Below are positions 16,823-30,900 of a stretch of 64,000 bases of DNA, piece by piece. Each line of letters opens with the position of its first letter. The first letter of the stretch is position 1. The stretch comes from Eledone cirrhosa (Eukaryota), in the NCBI GenBank assembly GCA_964016885.1, contig OZ024745.1, positions 81,282,001 to 81,346,000 on the forward strand. Direction: 5' to 3'. The notes beneath the pieces were generated by a model. The model worked only from the letters and a program-made list of their open reading frames with translations. It had not been told where the DNA came from and ran no database searches. The position numbers were made by a program, and so were the translations under genes.

Positions 16823-16887
<65 letters not shown>

Positions 16888-16900
16888 GTATATATATATG

Positions 16901-16933
<33 letters not shown>

Positions 16934-16948
16934 GTATATATATATATG

Positions 16949-17029
<81 letters not shown>

Positions 17030-17154
17030 GTATATATATATTTATATCTATATATATATATATGTATATATATATATGTATATATATATATATGTATATA
17101 TATATGTATATATGTATATATATATATATGTATATATGTACATATATATATATG

Positions 17155-17232
<78 letters not shown>

Positions 17233-17235
<3 letters not shown>

Positions 17236-17915
17236 TTAAGTCGATTGGAAGCCTCGACAATGCAAATGGGTAAATCTCCGGGTAACAAGGTCCGGTGGTG
17301 GAGAGAGAGATGTAAGTGGGTGTACGTTGAGATGCGTTGTGTGTATAAGATATGTGAGATGTGAAGGGAAGAGTATAAAGGATAAAAATAAAAATAACAA
17401 CACAAGAGAGTTACCTTGGGAGAGATTTAATAGTCCCTATATATTTCGGATTCACATCCATCAACTGGGGTTTTTTTCTCCGGGGTGGGGGAAAAGGTTG
17501 TCTGTCGGACAAGTCCGGAACGCGTCTTTCGCTGTTTGTTGTTTTGAATATCTGATATTCAACCATCTCACTCAACAAACATTAGGTTATATGTTAGTAT
17601 AACCCAATTTAAGTGTTTGGTGTGCTAACTATATGTATTTTGTGGAAAGCCAGTTGTATTATTTATGAGATATAATTAAAGTTAAAATATATCTCTCTTT
17701 CCAAACAATTGTTTCATTATAAGTTTTCTACAAATTGGGAGAATGTTTCCAGTTTATGTAGAAGTCTAACATATATTCATGTAAGAATATATTTAGGTGG
17801 GCACTTATAAATCTTCAGTGGAAGCCCATTAAACTTTGATATAAGAAAAAATTCTTACCGCAGTTAAAAATCGTGTCTGCTAAGCTGCTCCTTCACGCAT
17901 CGAATGACCGCCAAA
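17233..17915 (-). mobile_element. PLE-like 3' fragment with HHR at 17699-17823
   Basis: Minus strand: ttcca-CTGAAGA-T-TTATAAGT-(~75 nt)-ACTTATAA-T-GAAA-CAATT-GTT-tggaa; flanked by (TA)n. Confidence 0.65.
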
Positions 17916-17932
17916 TACATATATATATATAC

Positions 17933-18009
<77 letters not shown>

Positions 18010-18016
18010 GTATATA

Positions 18017-18137
<121 letters not shown>

Positions 18138-18159
18138 GATATATATGTATATATATATG

Positions 18160-18273
<114 letters not shown>

Positions 18274-18277
18274 AATG

Positions 18278-18471
<194 letters not shown>

Positions 18472-18508
18472 TACATATATATACATATATATATATACAT
18501 ACATATAT

Positions 18509-18790
18509 AATGAAATGACAGGACGCTGGATTTGTGTAAATCATTGAAAGGTTTATTATACTATGATCATTTCAATGACCGGGTTCCGTATGAATCCGGT
18601 GATATCATCAGGTATTCGAAATATAATACGTGAATGTAAAAGATAAAATCCATGGGGCTGAAAATCGAGGACCCGAGGGCGACCGCTATTCTGCTCCTTG
18701 AACCTCAGCCCGTTGCCCTCGAGTGACGTGGCTAAAGTTTTCAGTGAGCTACTACCGGTCAGATAAATGAAAACAGAAATGGATGGAAAC
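18509..18790 (-). mobile_element. Fragment of non-coding family H with HHR 18558-18615
   Basis: Matches 43058-43340; atac-CTGATGA-...CCGG..CCGG...-GAAA-TGATC-ATA-gtat. Confidence 0.8.
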
Positions 18791-18944
18791 ATATATATAT
18801 GTACACATATATATATATACATATGCATTGCTTTATTGTACTACAATAAAACTCACCTCCTACATTAACTTGCTCCTTAACGGTTGAGCGCTAACTCCCA
18901 TATTGGATACCTTTTGATGGTCGTTTACCTTTTTCTTCTACAAC

Positions 18945-21493
18945 ATGGATTATTACAACATAACCAATTCAACTAAAGACATTCCTATACCTGGTAAATC
19001 TGAATTCACCAAACTTCTAATTGAAAAAACTGACTCCTTTGTAAGAAGACTTAGATGGATAGCTTATTTCTATGACCAGCGCCTAAAAGGGAACTTCTAT
19101 ACCAAAGAACATAACTTCCTCGATCATCTATTTAATTCTAGAAGAAATCCTCCTTCCAACAAAAATCTAGTGCAATTCGAGGAAGAGTTAACTAAAATTA
19201 TAAAAAATCTTAAATTCAAGAGATACCCTTACAAAGGACAAGAGCACCTTGTAAATCTCAAGAACACAATTTCAAACCTAAATTCCTCAAAAAATGTTTT
19301 AGTCCACTCTGACAAAACCAATAACTTATATGGTATTTCCAAGGATAATTATAACAACCTTATCCTAAAGGAACTTAGGAAAAAATATCGTAAAACCAAC
19401 CATGAAAATTTAGAATACATAAACTTTGAAGCCTCTGAGATTATGTTAAAACTTGGCATTGAAAAAAAGACAGAACCATTCCTCCCAAGAACTCCGAGGA
19501 TAAATCTCAAGGATCACAAAAACAATTTTCGCACTGAACTACCTGTTAGATTAATCGCCCCCTCTAAATCAGATCTGGGGGTGGTTAGTAAAGCCATCTT
19601 GGATAGAATTATCCCACAGGTTCGTTCTAATTGATCTTCTTTGAACCTAAATTTATGGTTTGGTACTTCTGAAGTGATTAGCTGGTTCAACGAATTGAAT
19701 AATAAAAACAAACTAAAATTTGTTCAATTTGATATTGCCAGCTACTATTCTTCTATTTCGCCTTCACTTCTCAATAATTATTTCTACATTAGGCACAAGG
19801 CCAGCAATTACCCAGTGTATTACTGGTACTTTATTTTATCGACCCCGTAAGGATGAAAGGCAAAGTTAACCTCGGCGAGATTTGAACTCAGAATGGCAAG
19901 GGCCGTAACTCTATGCGTCAAAGCATGACGTCCGACCCTCTACCGATACTGCCAAAATAATGCTCTATCTTTCGCACTTAAATATACTGACATCACCACA
20001 AATGAAATTCACATCATTCTCACCGCACGTAAAACCATCCTAGAGTTCAACAACGAATATTGAACCAGAGCCGATACCTCTAACAACTTCGACATCACAA
20101 TGGGAGCATCCGATTCATCCCAATTGACAGATTTAATTGGTATCTTTATTTTGAACTCTTTGAGTCGGAAAATTCCTCAACTTCGCGGTGGAATTTATCG
20201 TGACGATGGACTCTTTACTATCTTAAATTGCAACATAGTTAACCTTAATATTATTAAGAACAATATACGTAATCTCTTTAACCAACATAACCTAAAAATT
20301 GAATTTGATAACAGCATCAAACTAGCTAATTTCTTGGATGTATCTCTTAATCTTGACACTGGCCTATATTACCCTTACCATAAAAACAATGAGAACCTAA
20401 ATTATGTTAACTTTAAATCTAACCATCCTACTAATATCAAGAATGCTATAGTTAGTAATATTGGAAAAAGAATATCTAACCTATCTTCTAATAAAAACAT
20501 CTTTGATGCTAACGCCAATTACTATAATAACGCGCTTTCTAAAGCCAGCTATCCTGATAAAATTAAATATAGTAAAGAAACAAATTCTAGAAGAAATTAC
20601 AGTAGAATAATTAATCATGATCATTCCAATAACTTTAATAAAAGACCTAGATACAAAAACATAATCTGGTATAATGCTCCTTTCTCCATTCTCTATTAAT
20701 AACAATATTCCTAAATTATTCTTTAGTGCCTTAAATAAATGCTTCCCTCCCTCACATATCTATAGTAAAATATTTAACAAACACACTATAAAATTGTCCT
20801 ATTCTACATCCTCCAACATTTCCAACATTATCTCTAAACACAACAATAAAATACTAAATACTAAATCTCTTCCTTCCAACACTGAATATCATAATAATAG
20901 TACTCCCGACGTCATTGTAAACCCCAGGCTAATTTCTACAAACCCAAATACAACGTCAAACACAACTTCGCTAAATGTTCTTAATCCCATTCTAAATCAA
21001 GAAACTATTATTCCTATCGCAAATAACTTCTCCAATCCAATTCCTTCTAGGTCACTCATTAATAATCTCTCTAATCGCAATTGCAATTACCCTATTAAAA
21101 ATAAATGTCCTCTCAACAACCATTGTCTTGATAAAAACTTAATTTACGAATGTAAAGTTATAACTGACACCAATTCCTTCACCTATTTTGGCTCCACTTC
21201 CACCTCTTTTAAAGCTCGTCTTTATAACCATAATTCGTCTTTTAAATACAAACTTAAAAGAACCAACACGGCTCTCTCAGAACTCATATGGTCCTTGAAA
21301 GACAAAAATATTAAATATAGCATCTTTTGGAAGAAGGTTTCTTGAACAGTTCTCTATCCAAAATTTGCAATCTCTGCCTAAATGAAAAATTTACCATTAT
21401 TTCTAATTTAGATTCTATAATAAATAGACGCACTGACTTGTTTTCTATCTGCTAGCATAAATTCCATAAAACATTTCGCAAAGTATACAGCTA
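18945..21493 (+). pseudogene. PLE RT + GIY-YIG ORF with stops, frameshifts and a SINE insertion
   Basis: ORF track 18945..19634, 19641.., 20100..20699 and 20674..21345 is colinear with the family A and C proteins. Confidence 0.88.
19779..19955 (-). mobile_element. tRNA-derived SINE inserted in the family B RT, TSD AATAAT
   Basis: Minus strand A-box TGGCAGTATCGG, B-box GAGTTCAAATC, central gcctttcatcct..ggtcgataaaata..gtaccag; AATAAT at 19773-19778 and 19956-19961; removing it restores SPSLLNNALSFA. Confidence 0.88.
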
Positions 21494-22325
21494 ATATTCA
21501 ATTCTTTATCAATTTAGAATCTTTTTCTCAAAGGCACATATATATATATACACTTCTTTTAAAAATATACCCATCTTTCTACCTTATTTCAAAGGTTATT
21601 ATACATTCTATAATACTTGTTAATCATTCTTCTCTTCTTCTTTTAATGTCTAACCCCTAATCTGTACCTTTTCTCACTCTTGCGTAACATAGAATCAATT
21701 ATTACATAATACAATACATTCTTACTCTATATCACCTTGTAAAAATCCTTCGTAAACATATACATTTTTTTCAATTCATTATTCTTTTCTCCCTTTCATC
21801 TAACTCATTCATCTCACAATATTTCCTTACGTAAATAACCTGTTGTTCCTTTTAATAATACATATCAACATCTTCTTAACATCGCACATATTATTAAACC
21901 CTTAAACATTATTCTCAATACATATTAACATTTTCTTTTTTCATCGCACATATTATCAAACCCCTCAATATACAAACCTTAACTTTACATTATTTTTCTC
22001 TTCGTTAATTTTCAAATTCTTTTAATTTATTCATTATCTTCCAACGGTTTTCAACCTCTCTATGTAAAACAATATATCTTTCTCAGTTATAAAAGCCATC
22101 TCTCTCTATCTATCACCCATCTCTCCTCCTATCTCATCCTTCCTCATTATACTCCTCCCTCTCCACATTTTACTCTCATCTCCTCCTCTTTTTCATCCTT
22201 TCCAACCCCCCTCTAAATAAAATATTGTTCCCAATATCACACATCAATCTAAAACTACTTCTCATATGTTGATTTAAAACTGAACTATCCACAAGTTTTT
22301 TTAACCTTCATATCATGTCTTCCTG

Positions 22326-22392
22326 TTTTATCTGATGAAAACACAAATATTATTGCATGATGATATTTGTTTTTGAAATGCGCATAATAAAA
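22326..22392 (+). ncRNA. Hammerhead ribozyme (family B pLTR; inverted copy about 27681-27747)
   Basis: ttttat-CTGATGA-AAAC..ACAAATAT..ATATTTGT..TTT-GAAA-TGCGC-ATA-ataaaa. Confidence 0.8.
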
Positions 22393-22451
22393 TACATGGA
22401 ACTCTTTTAACCATCTTTTGTTCTTATATATTACATATATATATATATATA

Positions 22452-24740
22452 TATTTCGTTTCTTAATTTGTTTAGCAAGATTCTTTATCTGAAAACGTGT
22501 GTTGAAACCGATATTGTTATACTTTGGGAGGGTCATGTTGCCAATAAGAAACACACGCACCAGTTGCTTTCACTTCAATTTATTATAATAAATTTATAAA
22601 TTTCCGGTTGGTTGGCTCTACAACCAGACGGTTGTTTATATATTGTCAAAGTTCTTTCGTCACACATTCTGTGACCTCTTCAGTGACTGGGGATTCTTTT
22701 CTTTGTTTTTGTGCCTCTCCTTTGTTCTGTCCTACGCCATTTTGTTTCTGTGTGTGTGTTGTGTGCTCAGTCTGCGCATGCGCCACATCCGGGTGTCTGT
22801 GTGTGTTTATATTCGTTTATTTATTTGTTTATTTACATGTTACAGGTTGGTTGTTTGTTCTATGTGCGTGTGTGTTTTCATTTTGTCCTTAATTGTAAGT
22901 TGTGATGTTGCTGTTCCACTCATGTTTTCTATTTAATTTTGGTTGTAATTCTTTTATGTTTATTGCCTCTGTGATTTGTCTAAACATTGCGTCTTTTCTG
23001 TGTGTAGATTCTATTTTTATTTCTATGTTTTCTAATTTTCCCTTATGTTCTATTTTAGCATGTTGGTAGAGTACAGATGATTCTTTACTATCTTGAAGGT
23101 CTCGCCAGTGTTCATTTATCCGTTCCCCTACACTACGAGCTGTCTCACCTATGTACACTATATTTTTGTCTCTACAATGTCCTTCAGTACATCTTATGCT
23201 ATATACTACATTTCTAGTTTTACAGTTAATATGGGGGCTTAATTTACAGGTTATACATTTCTTATCTATACAGGGGGGTCTTTGAAAAGGGTATGTCTTG
23301 CTAATAAGTGTTTTTACGGAGGTACCTAGTCTTTCTACTATCTTAATATTGAGTTTATGTTTATCTAGGGCCCTTCTAAATTTGTAAGCTAATTCACCTC
23401 TAGGGGTTGTATCGATGAACATTACACTCTGGTATTTATTGCTATCATACCATGAGTTTATTCTATTGGCCTTGTTCTTAGTTCTTTCTATTCTATTCCA
23501 AAATTTGCTCCTATACAATGGGCAGGTCCCATTTGTGTCATTATTTACCATTTTTTCCCATTTGGTTCTGGCTCCTCTATACACTCTGATTTTATCTCTC
23601 TGATTGTAACCAGAGAACTGCATACGGTGGATGAAGTGTTGTATGTGTCTCTCTAGTTCTTCTGGGTTGCACATGCGGGACACGTTTCTCATCACCCGTA
23701 CCAAATCCGCAATCAGTATGTTGATTTTGGTATGGTCCGAAACAGCTGAGTTTCGGTGGATCAGATATTTTGAAGTCATGGGTTTGGCATAATGGGAATG
23801 GAGGATTTGTTTTTTGTTATTAATGGTATCTAACCAGAGCTCTGTGTCCAGTACAGGTAATCGATGGTTGGGGTGTTTACTTGGGTAGTCTATAGTAACT
23901 CTAATACTCTGGTGGATGGAGACTTAGATAAACATAAACTCAATATTATGATAGTAGAAAGACCAGGTACCTCCGTAAAAACACTTATTAGCAAGACATA
24001 CCCTTTTCAAAGACCCCTGTATAGATAAGAAATGTATAACCTGTAAATTAAACCCCCATATTAACTGTAAAACTAGAAATATAGTATATAGCATAAGATG
24101 TACTGAAGGACAATCTAGAGACAAAACTATAGTGTACATAGGTGAGACAGCTCGTAGTGTAGGGGAACGGATAAATGAACACTGGTGAGACCTTCAAGAT
24201 AGTAAAGAATCATCTGTACTCTACCAACATGCTAAAATAGAACATAAGGGAAAATTAGAGAACATAGAAATAAAAATAGAATCTACACACAGAAAAGACG
24301 CAATGTTTAGACAAATCACAGAGGCAATAAACATAAAAGAATTACAACCAAAATTAAATAGAAAACATCACAACTTACAATTAAGGACAAAATGAAAACA
24401 GACACGCACATAGAACAAACAACCAACCTGTAACATGTAAATAAACAAATAAATAAACGAATATAAACACACACAGACACCTGAAAGTGGCGCATGCACA
24501 GACTGAGAACACAACACACACACAGAAACAAAATGGCGTAGGACAGAACACAGGAGAGGCACAAAAACAAAGAAAAGAATCCCCAGTCACTGAAGAGGTC
24601 ACAGAATGTGTGACGAAAGAACTTTGACAATATATAAACAACCGTCTGGTTGTAGAGCCAACCAACCGGAAATTTATAAATTTATTATAATAAATTGAAG
24701 TGAAAGCAACTGGTGCGTGTGTTTCTTATTGGCAACATGA
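22452..24740 (-). mobile_element. PLE family E, 5'-truncated (RT thumb + GIY-YIG) with inverted 5' arm 23926-24740
   Basis: ORF 22889..23779 with NCKTRNVVYSIRC..C..YIGETARS..R..EH, RQITEA, PKLN; 23926-24740 is an inverted copy of about 22513-23365; HHRs at 22645-22687(-) and 24586-24628(+). Confidence 0.9.
22889..23925 (-). pseudogene. C-terminal part of PLE RT and GIY-YIG endonuclease
   Basis: Upstream in-frame ..VTIDYPSKHPNHRLPVLDTELW..HSHYAKPMTSK (RT motif E/thumb), then the 296-aa ORF. Confidence 0.85.
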
Positions 24741-24792
24741 CCCTCCCAAAGTATAACAATATATATATATACATATATATATATATGCATAC

Positions 24793-24824
<32 letters not shown>

Positions 24825-24870
24825 GCATACATATATATATACAAATATATATATATGCATATATATATAT

Positions 24871-25001
<131 letters not shown>

Positions 25002-25007
25002 CATATA

Positions 25008-25048
<41 letters not shown>

Positions 25049-25104
25049 ACTTATATATATGCATATATATATATATACAAATATATATATATATATATAT
25101 ACAA

Positions 25105-25162
<58 letters not shown>

Positions 25163-25194
25163 ATACATATACATATATATATATATACATATAC

Positions 25195-25241
<47 letters not shown>

Positions 25242-25270
25242 CATATACATATATATATATATACATATAC

Positions 25271-25302
<32 letters not shown>

Positions 25303-25551
25303 ATATATATGCATATATATACATATATATATTAGGGGAAATTTATTTTTCCACGCACTCCAGGTGAGCTCGTACGATTGACCATACGGAATAGACCAGC
25401 TCTATACAGTGGTGAACCTCAAACCTGAATAAATGTATATATATATATATATATATGTAACGAAGGAAATGTGGTAAGGAACCAGATGGACCATAACGCA
25501 CCAAAGTACTCAATACTTGAGGTAGTAGAGTGGGTAATAGGAACCAGTAAG

Positions 25552-25645
25552 ACCCCGACAGCTGACCTCAAGCCGTTTCGACGGTTAATTCTGGACTAAA
25601 TGAAAATTTATCCTGGTATTTAAATAGCCGATCTTCTCAAGGGGT
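25552..25645 (-). ncRNA. Hammerhead ribozyme, U3-A8 core variant
   Basis: acccc-TTGAGAA-GATCGG...CCGTC-GAAA-CGGC-ttgaggtca-GCT-GTC-ggggt. Confidence 0.75.
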
Positions 25646-26374
25646 AATTCCATATATGGTCAAAGTGATTGTCAAAAATCAGTAGTAATTCTGTGGTTGC
25701 AAATTAGTAGGGGAGATGGTGGCTAAACCTGCCAGTAGGAGAAAGAGGGGAGGGGGTGGAGTAGACCCAATCAAGCGTTGGTAGTGCCAGCTACAGCTGG
25801 GCATGAGGTCAAAGAAGATACAGGGGAGGGGGAGGGGGAGGAAGTCGGAACGGTAGGTAGAACAATGGGGGGTAGAAATATATAGGAAAGAAAAAATACT
25901 GAGAGTGAAGAAAAGCAAATAAGTGTAAAGAAAAAAGTAAAGTAAATTAAATTCTACGACCTAAGTCTCAGGCTATTGTTAGGCTAGAATAAAATAAAGA
26001 AAGAAAGAAAGAAGTAAAGAAATAAATAAATAAAGAAATAACGAAATAAGTAAAAGAACTAGGTGGGACGGTATAGGCAAGGACCCTTTTAAGAGGTATA
26101 AGTACGTAAATGATACGGTGACGGGTCAACAAAAAGGGCCAAAATACTAAAGAGACTCTTCTTTGTTTAGCTGTAGGTTTTTTTTTTGCTTTGGACTATC
26201 TTTGTAATATGGTTCTTAATGTTATACACCTCCTTAGTAATTTTTATTATATATTTTTATTATTTTTATTATATATTTTTACCCATAATCTTGCAATACT
26301 TTAGTGTATGTACACTCCATATTCTTCGGAGTTTCCGGTTTGTATCGGCCGATAATACTTCTGTTGTTTTAATT

Positions 26375-26412
26375 GCCCTGATGAGTCCTTAATAGGACGA
26401 AACATTGTCGGC
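26375..26412 (+). ncRNA. Canonical minimal hammerhead ribozyme followed by AATAAA
   Basis: gcc-CTGATGA-GTCCT-taat-AGGAC-GAAA-CATT-GTC-ggc-taataaag. Confidence 0.88.
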
Positions 26413-26493
26413 TAATAAAGACTTTTGATGTATTGAAGGCTTCTTTGTTTTACTTTCTTAATATATATGTATATATGTAGATATATATATATG

Positions 26494-26590
<97 letters not shown>

Positions 26591-26783
26591 GTTTAATATA
26601 GATGAGATTCTACAGGACTAGAACTGTTTCATTCATTAGAAATCATCAGAGATTCCTGATGATTTCTAATGAATGAAACAGTTCTAGTCCTGTAGAATCT
26701 CATCTATATTAAAACTGTTATACTCTGCTATGTATTGAGTACCTTACTTACTGTGGTTACCTCCGATTCAACCCGGAATAACG
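26591..26783 (+). mobile_element. Fold-back pLTR fragment with truncated HHR (another piece at 61945-62007)
   Basis: 26592-26649 is inverted against 26656-26713; CTGATGA-TTTC-taat-GAAT-GAAA-Cagttcta-GTC. Confidence 0.7.
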
Positions 26784-26841
26784 TATATATATATATGTAT
26801 ATATATCTATATCTATATATATATATGTATATATAAATATG

Positions 26842-26906
<65 letters not shown>

Positions 26907-26993
26907 GTATATATATATATGTATATATATATATATGTATATATATATATGTATATGTATATATGTATATATATATATGTATATATATATATG

Positions 26994-27048
<55 letters not shown>

Positions 27049-27065
27049 GTATATATATATATATG

Positions 27066-27153
<88 letters not shown>

Positions 27154-27154
<1 letters not shown>

Positions 27155-27367
27155 GGCAAGTAAGTATGTTTTGAAACAGTGAGCGAGTTTGAAATTAGAA
27201 AATATATAGCTTTCACCGTATTTTTAACTAAAGGAATTTTAGATTGATAACGGGGTTTAGAACCCTCAGATAAATGGAAAAAGATGAGTATTGACGTACA
27301 TGTACGTCAATACTCATCTTTTTCCATTTATCTGAGGGTTCTAAACCCCGTTATCAAGCTAAAATTC

Positions 27368-27370
<3 letters not shown>
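27154..27370. repeat. Short insertion containing a ~112-bp perfect palindrome (27244-27357)
   Basis: Centre gacgtacatgtacgtc; arms are reverse complements. Confidence 0.8.
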
Positions 27371-27407
<37 letters not shown>

Positions 27408-27418
27408 ATATATATATG

Positions 27419-27882
<464 letters not shown>

Positions 27883-27897
27883 TATGTATATATATAC

Positions 27898-27974
<77 letters not shown>

Positions 27975-27976
27975 CA

Positions 27977-30900
27977 TACTCTTTTACTCTTTTACCTGTT
28001 TCAGCCATCCGGCTGAGGCCATGCTGGGGCACCACCCTTGTTGCTACACATTTTATCTCCAGCCTGTATAGGTTGGCTACTGGTGTAGGAGGGAGCTTGT
28101 TGCTGCTGCCCTTAGGTTTCCCTGGTGTCTTGCTGTGGGCTCATCCGGGATCCTGGATAACAAGGTGTCGAGATGTTTCTTAAAGACATCCACCTCCACG
28201 TCATGCAAGTCTCTCAGATGCCTCGGCAGCCTGTTGAAGAGTTGAGGGCCCTTGAATCCCAGGCTATTGCAATACCTGCTCCTTATTCTAGATGTGGAAG
28301 ACGGGACCTTTGGCAGCACACAGTGACGTCCTGTTCGACGGTTGGTCCAGCTCCCAATGCCAAAGTTTGGTGCTAGTCCCTCCAGGATTTTCAACATGTA
28401 GATCACTGCGTATCTCTCCCGTCTTCGCTCCAAGGAGTAGAGGTTCAGTTCCTTTAGTCTCTCCCAGTAGCTTGTCTCCCTCATCTTGGCAATCCTCTTG
28501 GTGTAACTTCGCTGGATTGCCTCAAGCTCCGTGGTTAGTTTGACACTATGGGGTGACCACAACTGGGAGCAGTAGTCCAGGCGGCTTAGGACAAAAGTCC
28601 TCCACAGTGTCAACATGGTGTCTCGATCTCTTGTTCGGAAAGTCCTCAAGATCCAGCCAGCGAGTCGTCTGCACGTTGTCGCCACTTTCATGATGTGTGA
28701 AGAAAAAGATGCATCATCGCTCATGTCTATGCCCAGGTCTCGTATCGATTTTGACACGGGGTTATCGGTCCCTCCGGGTCCTGTGTAGCTGTGTTCCACT
28801 ATATTTGTGTTTGCAGATTTGTATTGTAGGGCTTGGAATTTGCCAGCATTAAACTGCATGTGGTTTTCTTCCGCCCATCTGTATATGGCATCCAGATCCT
28901 GCTGTAAAAGGGCAGCGTCAGCCGGGTTTTTGATTGCCTGTGCTACCTTAGTGTCATCAGCATAGCTAGTGAGGGATGTTGTTGCATGCACCACAGAGGG
29001 CATGTCTGAGAGAGCCACCAAAAACAGTAGTGGTCCCAGGACTGTCCCTGGGGCACCCCACTCGTTATCGGTGTTTCCCTCGAGAGGGCCCCATTTGCTG
29101 CGACTGCCTGGCTTCTGTCCCTTAGGAAGCCATGCAGCCACTCACCTATTTTTCCAGTTATGCCGAGTCCGTGTAGTTTGTGACATATCATTCCGTGGTC
29201 GACCTTGTCAAAGGCCTTCGCAAAGTCAAGATATATCACGTCCACATGTGAGCTGTCTAGTAGTTGTCTCAGTACCCAGTCGTAGTGATGTAGCAGCTGT
29301 GTAAGGCAGCTTCTTCCTGGGCGGAAGCCATGTTGCGTGCTAGTCAGGCGGTCATTTTCTTCGAGGAAAGTGATTAGTTTCTTTCTGACGACTCGCTCCA
29401 TGACCTTACTGATATGCGACTTCAGGGAGACTGGCCTGTAGTTGTTGGCCTCCGCTCTACTACCTCCTTTATGGATAGGGCATATTGTGCCTTCTTTCAG
29501 CTCCCTGGGTAGTACACCGCTAGCCAAGGAGCTTCTGAAGAGCATCTTCAGTGGAGTTGCTAAGGCCCGCTTACATATTTTTAGGAGAACTGCTGGGAAT
29601 CCATCAGGTCCAGCAGCCGAGTCTGTTCTAATTTCATCAATGGCGTACACCACATCCTCCTCCGTTATGTCTATGTAGTTGATGGTTGCCATTTCTTGAT
29701 GTAGTGTTGTGGCATCAAAGAACTCCTCTGGCTTCGTTATTTGCATGTGCATCAGTGGATATGTGAAGACACTTTTGTACTGTTCGTTCAGTATTTCACA
29801 TATCTCTTGGGGATTTTCGGTTAATGAACCGTCCGTGTGGAAGAGTGGCCCAATCTTGCAGTGTACTGAGGCAGTTTCTTTTGCAAATTTAAAGAAGGCC
29901 TTAGGGTTTGTTTTAATGTTTTCTATGGCCCTGTTCTCTTTCTTTGCCCTCTCATTCTCATGTGAAAGTTTGAGTGCAATCTCGGTGTCAAGTAGTGCAC
30001 GTTTCAAATAGGATTCCTTCTTGTTTTTGTTTTGTTGACTATTCAACTGGTTTGAGAGTTTAGTTCTACGTCTCATAAGGATTTTCCTATCTCTGGGAAT
30101 AAGATTTTTGTGTCTGTTTGCCTTTTTCTCCGGGACACACTTTTTGCATATGGTGTGTATCGTTGTCATGAAGTGTTGAAATTGTGTATTAGTGTCTTGT
30201 GTGGCGGTATTTTCACTCCATGTTTGCTTCCGGATTTCACTCTTAATCTTTTTCCAGTTAGCCTTGTAGAAGTTAAGGTTGGATAGCGTCCCGGAGCTTC
30301 TTGGTGGTTTTGTCTCTGTTGGTTCTCTTGGACCACATATCATTAGCTCTACTGAGTTATGATCCGAGAGAATTGTTGGTGTCACCTTTACATTGTGGAT
30401 GAGCACTTCGTTGTTTGTAAAACAGAGGTCCAGGACATTTTCGCCTCTTGTTGGGAGGAGTATTGCTTGCTCCATGAACAGCCTGTGTGTGAGGGCCAGC
30501 AGGGATTCCGTCTGTCACTGTTCTATTGACGTCATTCCAGGGAGGAGGTGGCCCTCAGGCCATTTGACCTTTGGTAGGTTGAAGTCTCCCAGCAGTAGGA
30601 TGTTGAGACCCTGGTCCAGTTTGTCAAGGACCTCTTCTATCCTACTTAGGCTATCCTCAAATTTACCCTCATGAGTGGGGGCATCGGGCGGCCGATATGT
30701 GACACATATTACTGTCTGTAGTTGCTTCATATGTATTATCAGTTTGTAACAGACTGAGTTTGAATGTGTCAACAGTACAATTGGTGTGACATCTTCACTG
30801 ATATACAGAGCAACCCACCATGAGTTCTCTCCTTCCTGTCCGAACGAAATACAGTATATTTCGGTATATGTATTTCTGCATCTGCTATACTGATTGTCAG

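Larger units (their letters stand above)
18824..22430 (+). mobile_element. Penelope-like element family B (YRDD/Hydra-like), near full length, decayed
   Basis: ORF pieces 18945-21490 with STKDIPIP..RRLRW, DKT.NLY, FVQFDI, GIYRDDGL, WYNAPF, LIY..YFG; HHR in 3' pLTR. Confidence 0.9.

Noticed and set aside
19632-21345. In-frame TGA codons in family B as selenocysteine (as in Naiad PLEs)
   Set aside because: TGA 20061 aligns with Trp of family A (EYWTR); the copy also has frameshifts, a TAG and a SINE; no SECIS seen; the EN is C-terminal.
22452-24740. Long inverted arms read as DNA-transposon TIRs (also 2254-6992, 36679-41345, 55448-56750)
   Set aside because: Arms are inverted pLTR/3' copies typical of PLE 5' inversions; no transposase or TSD.
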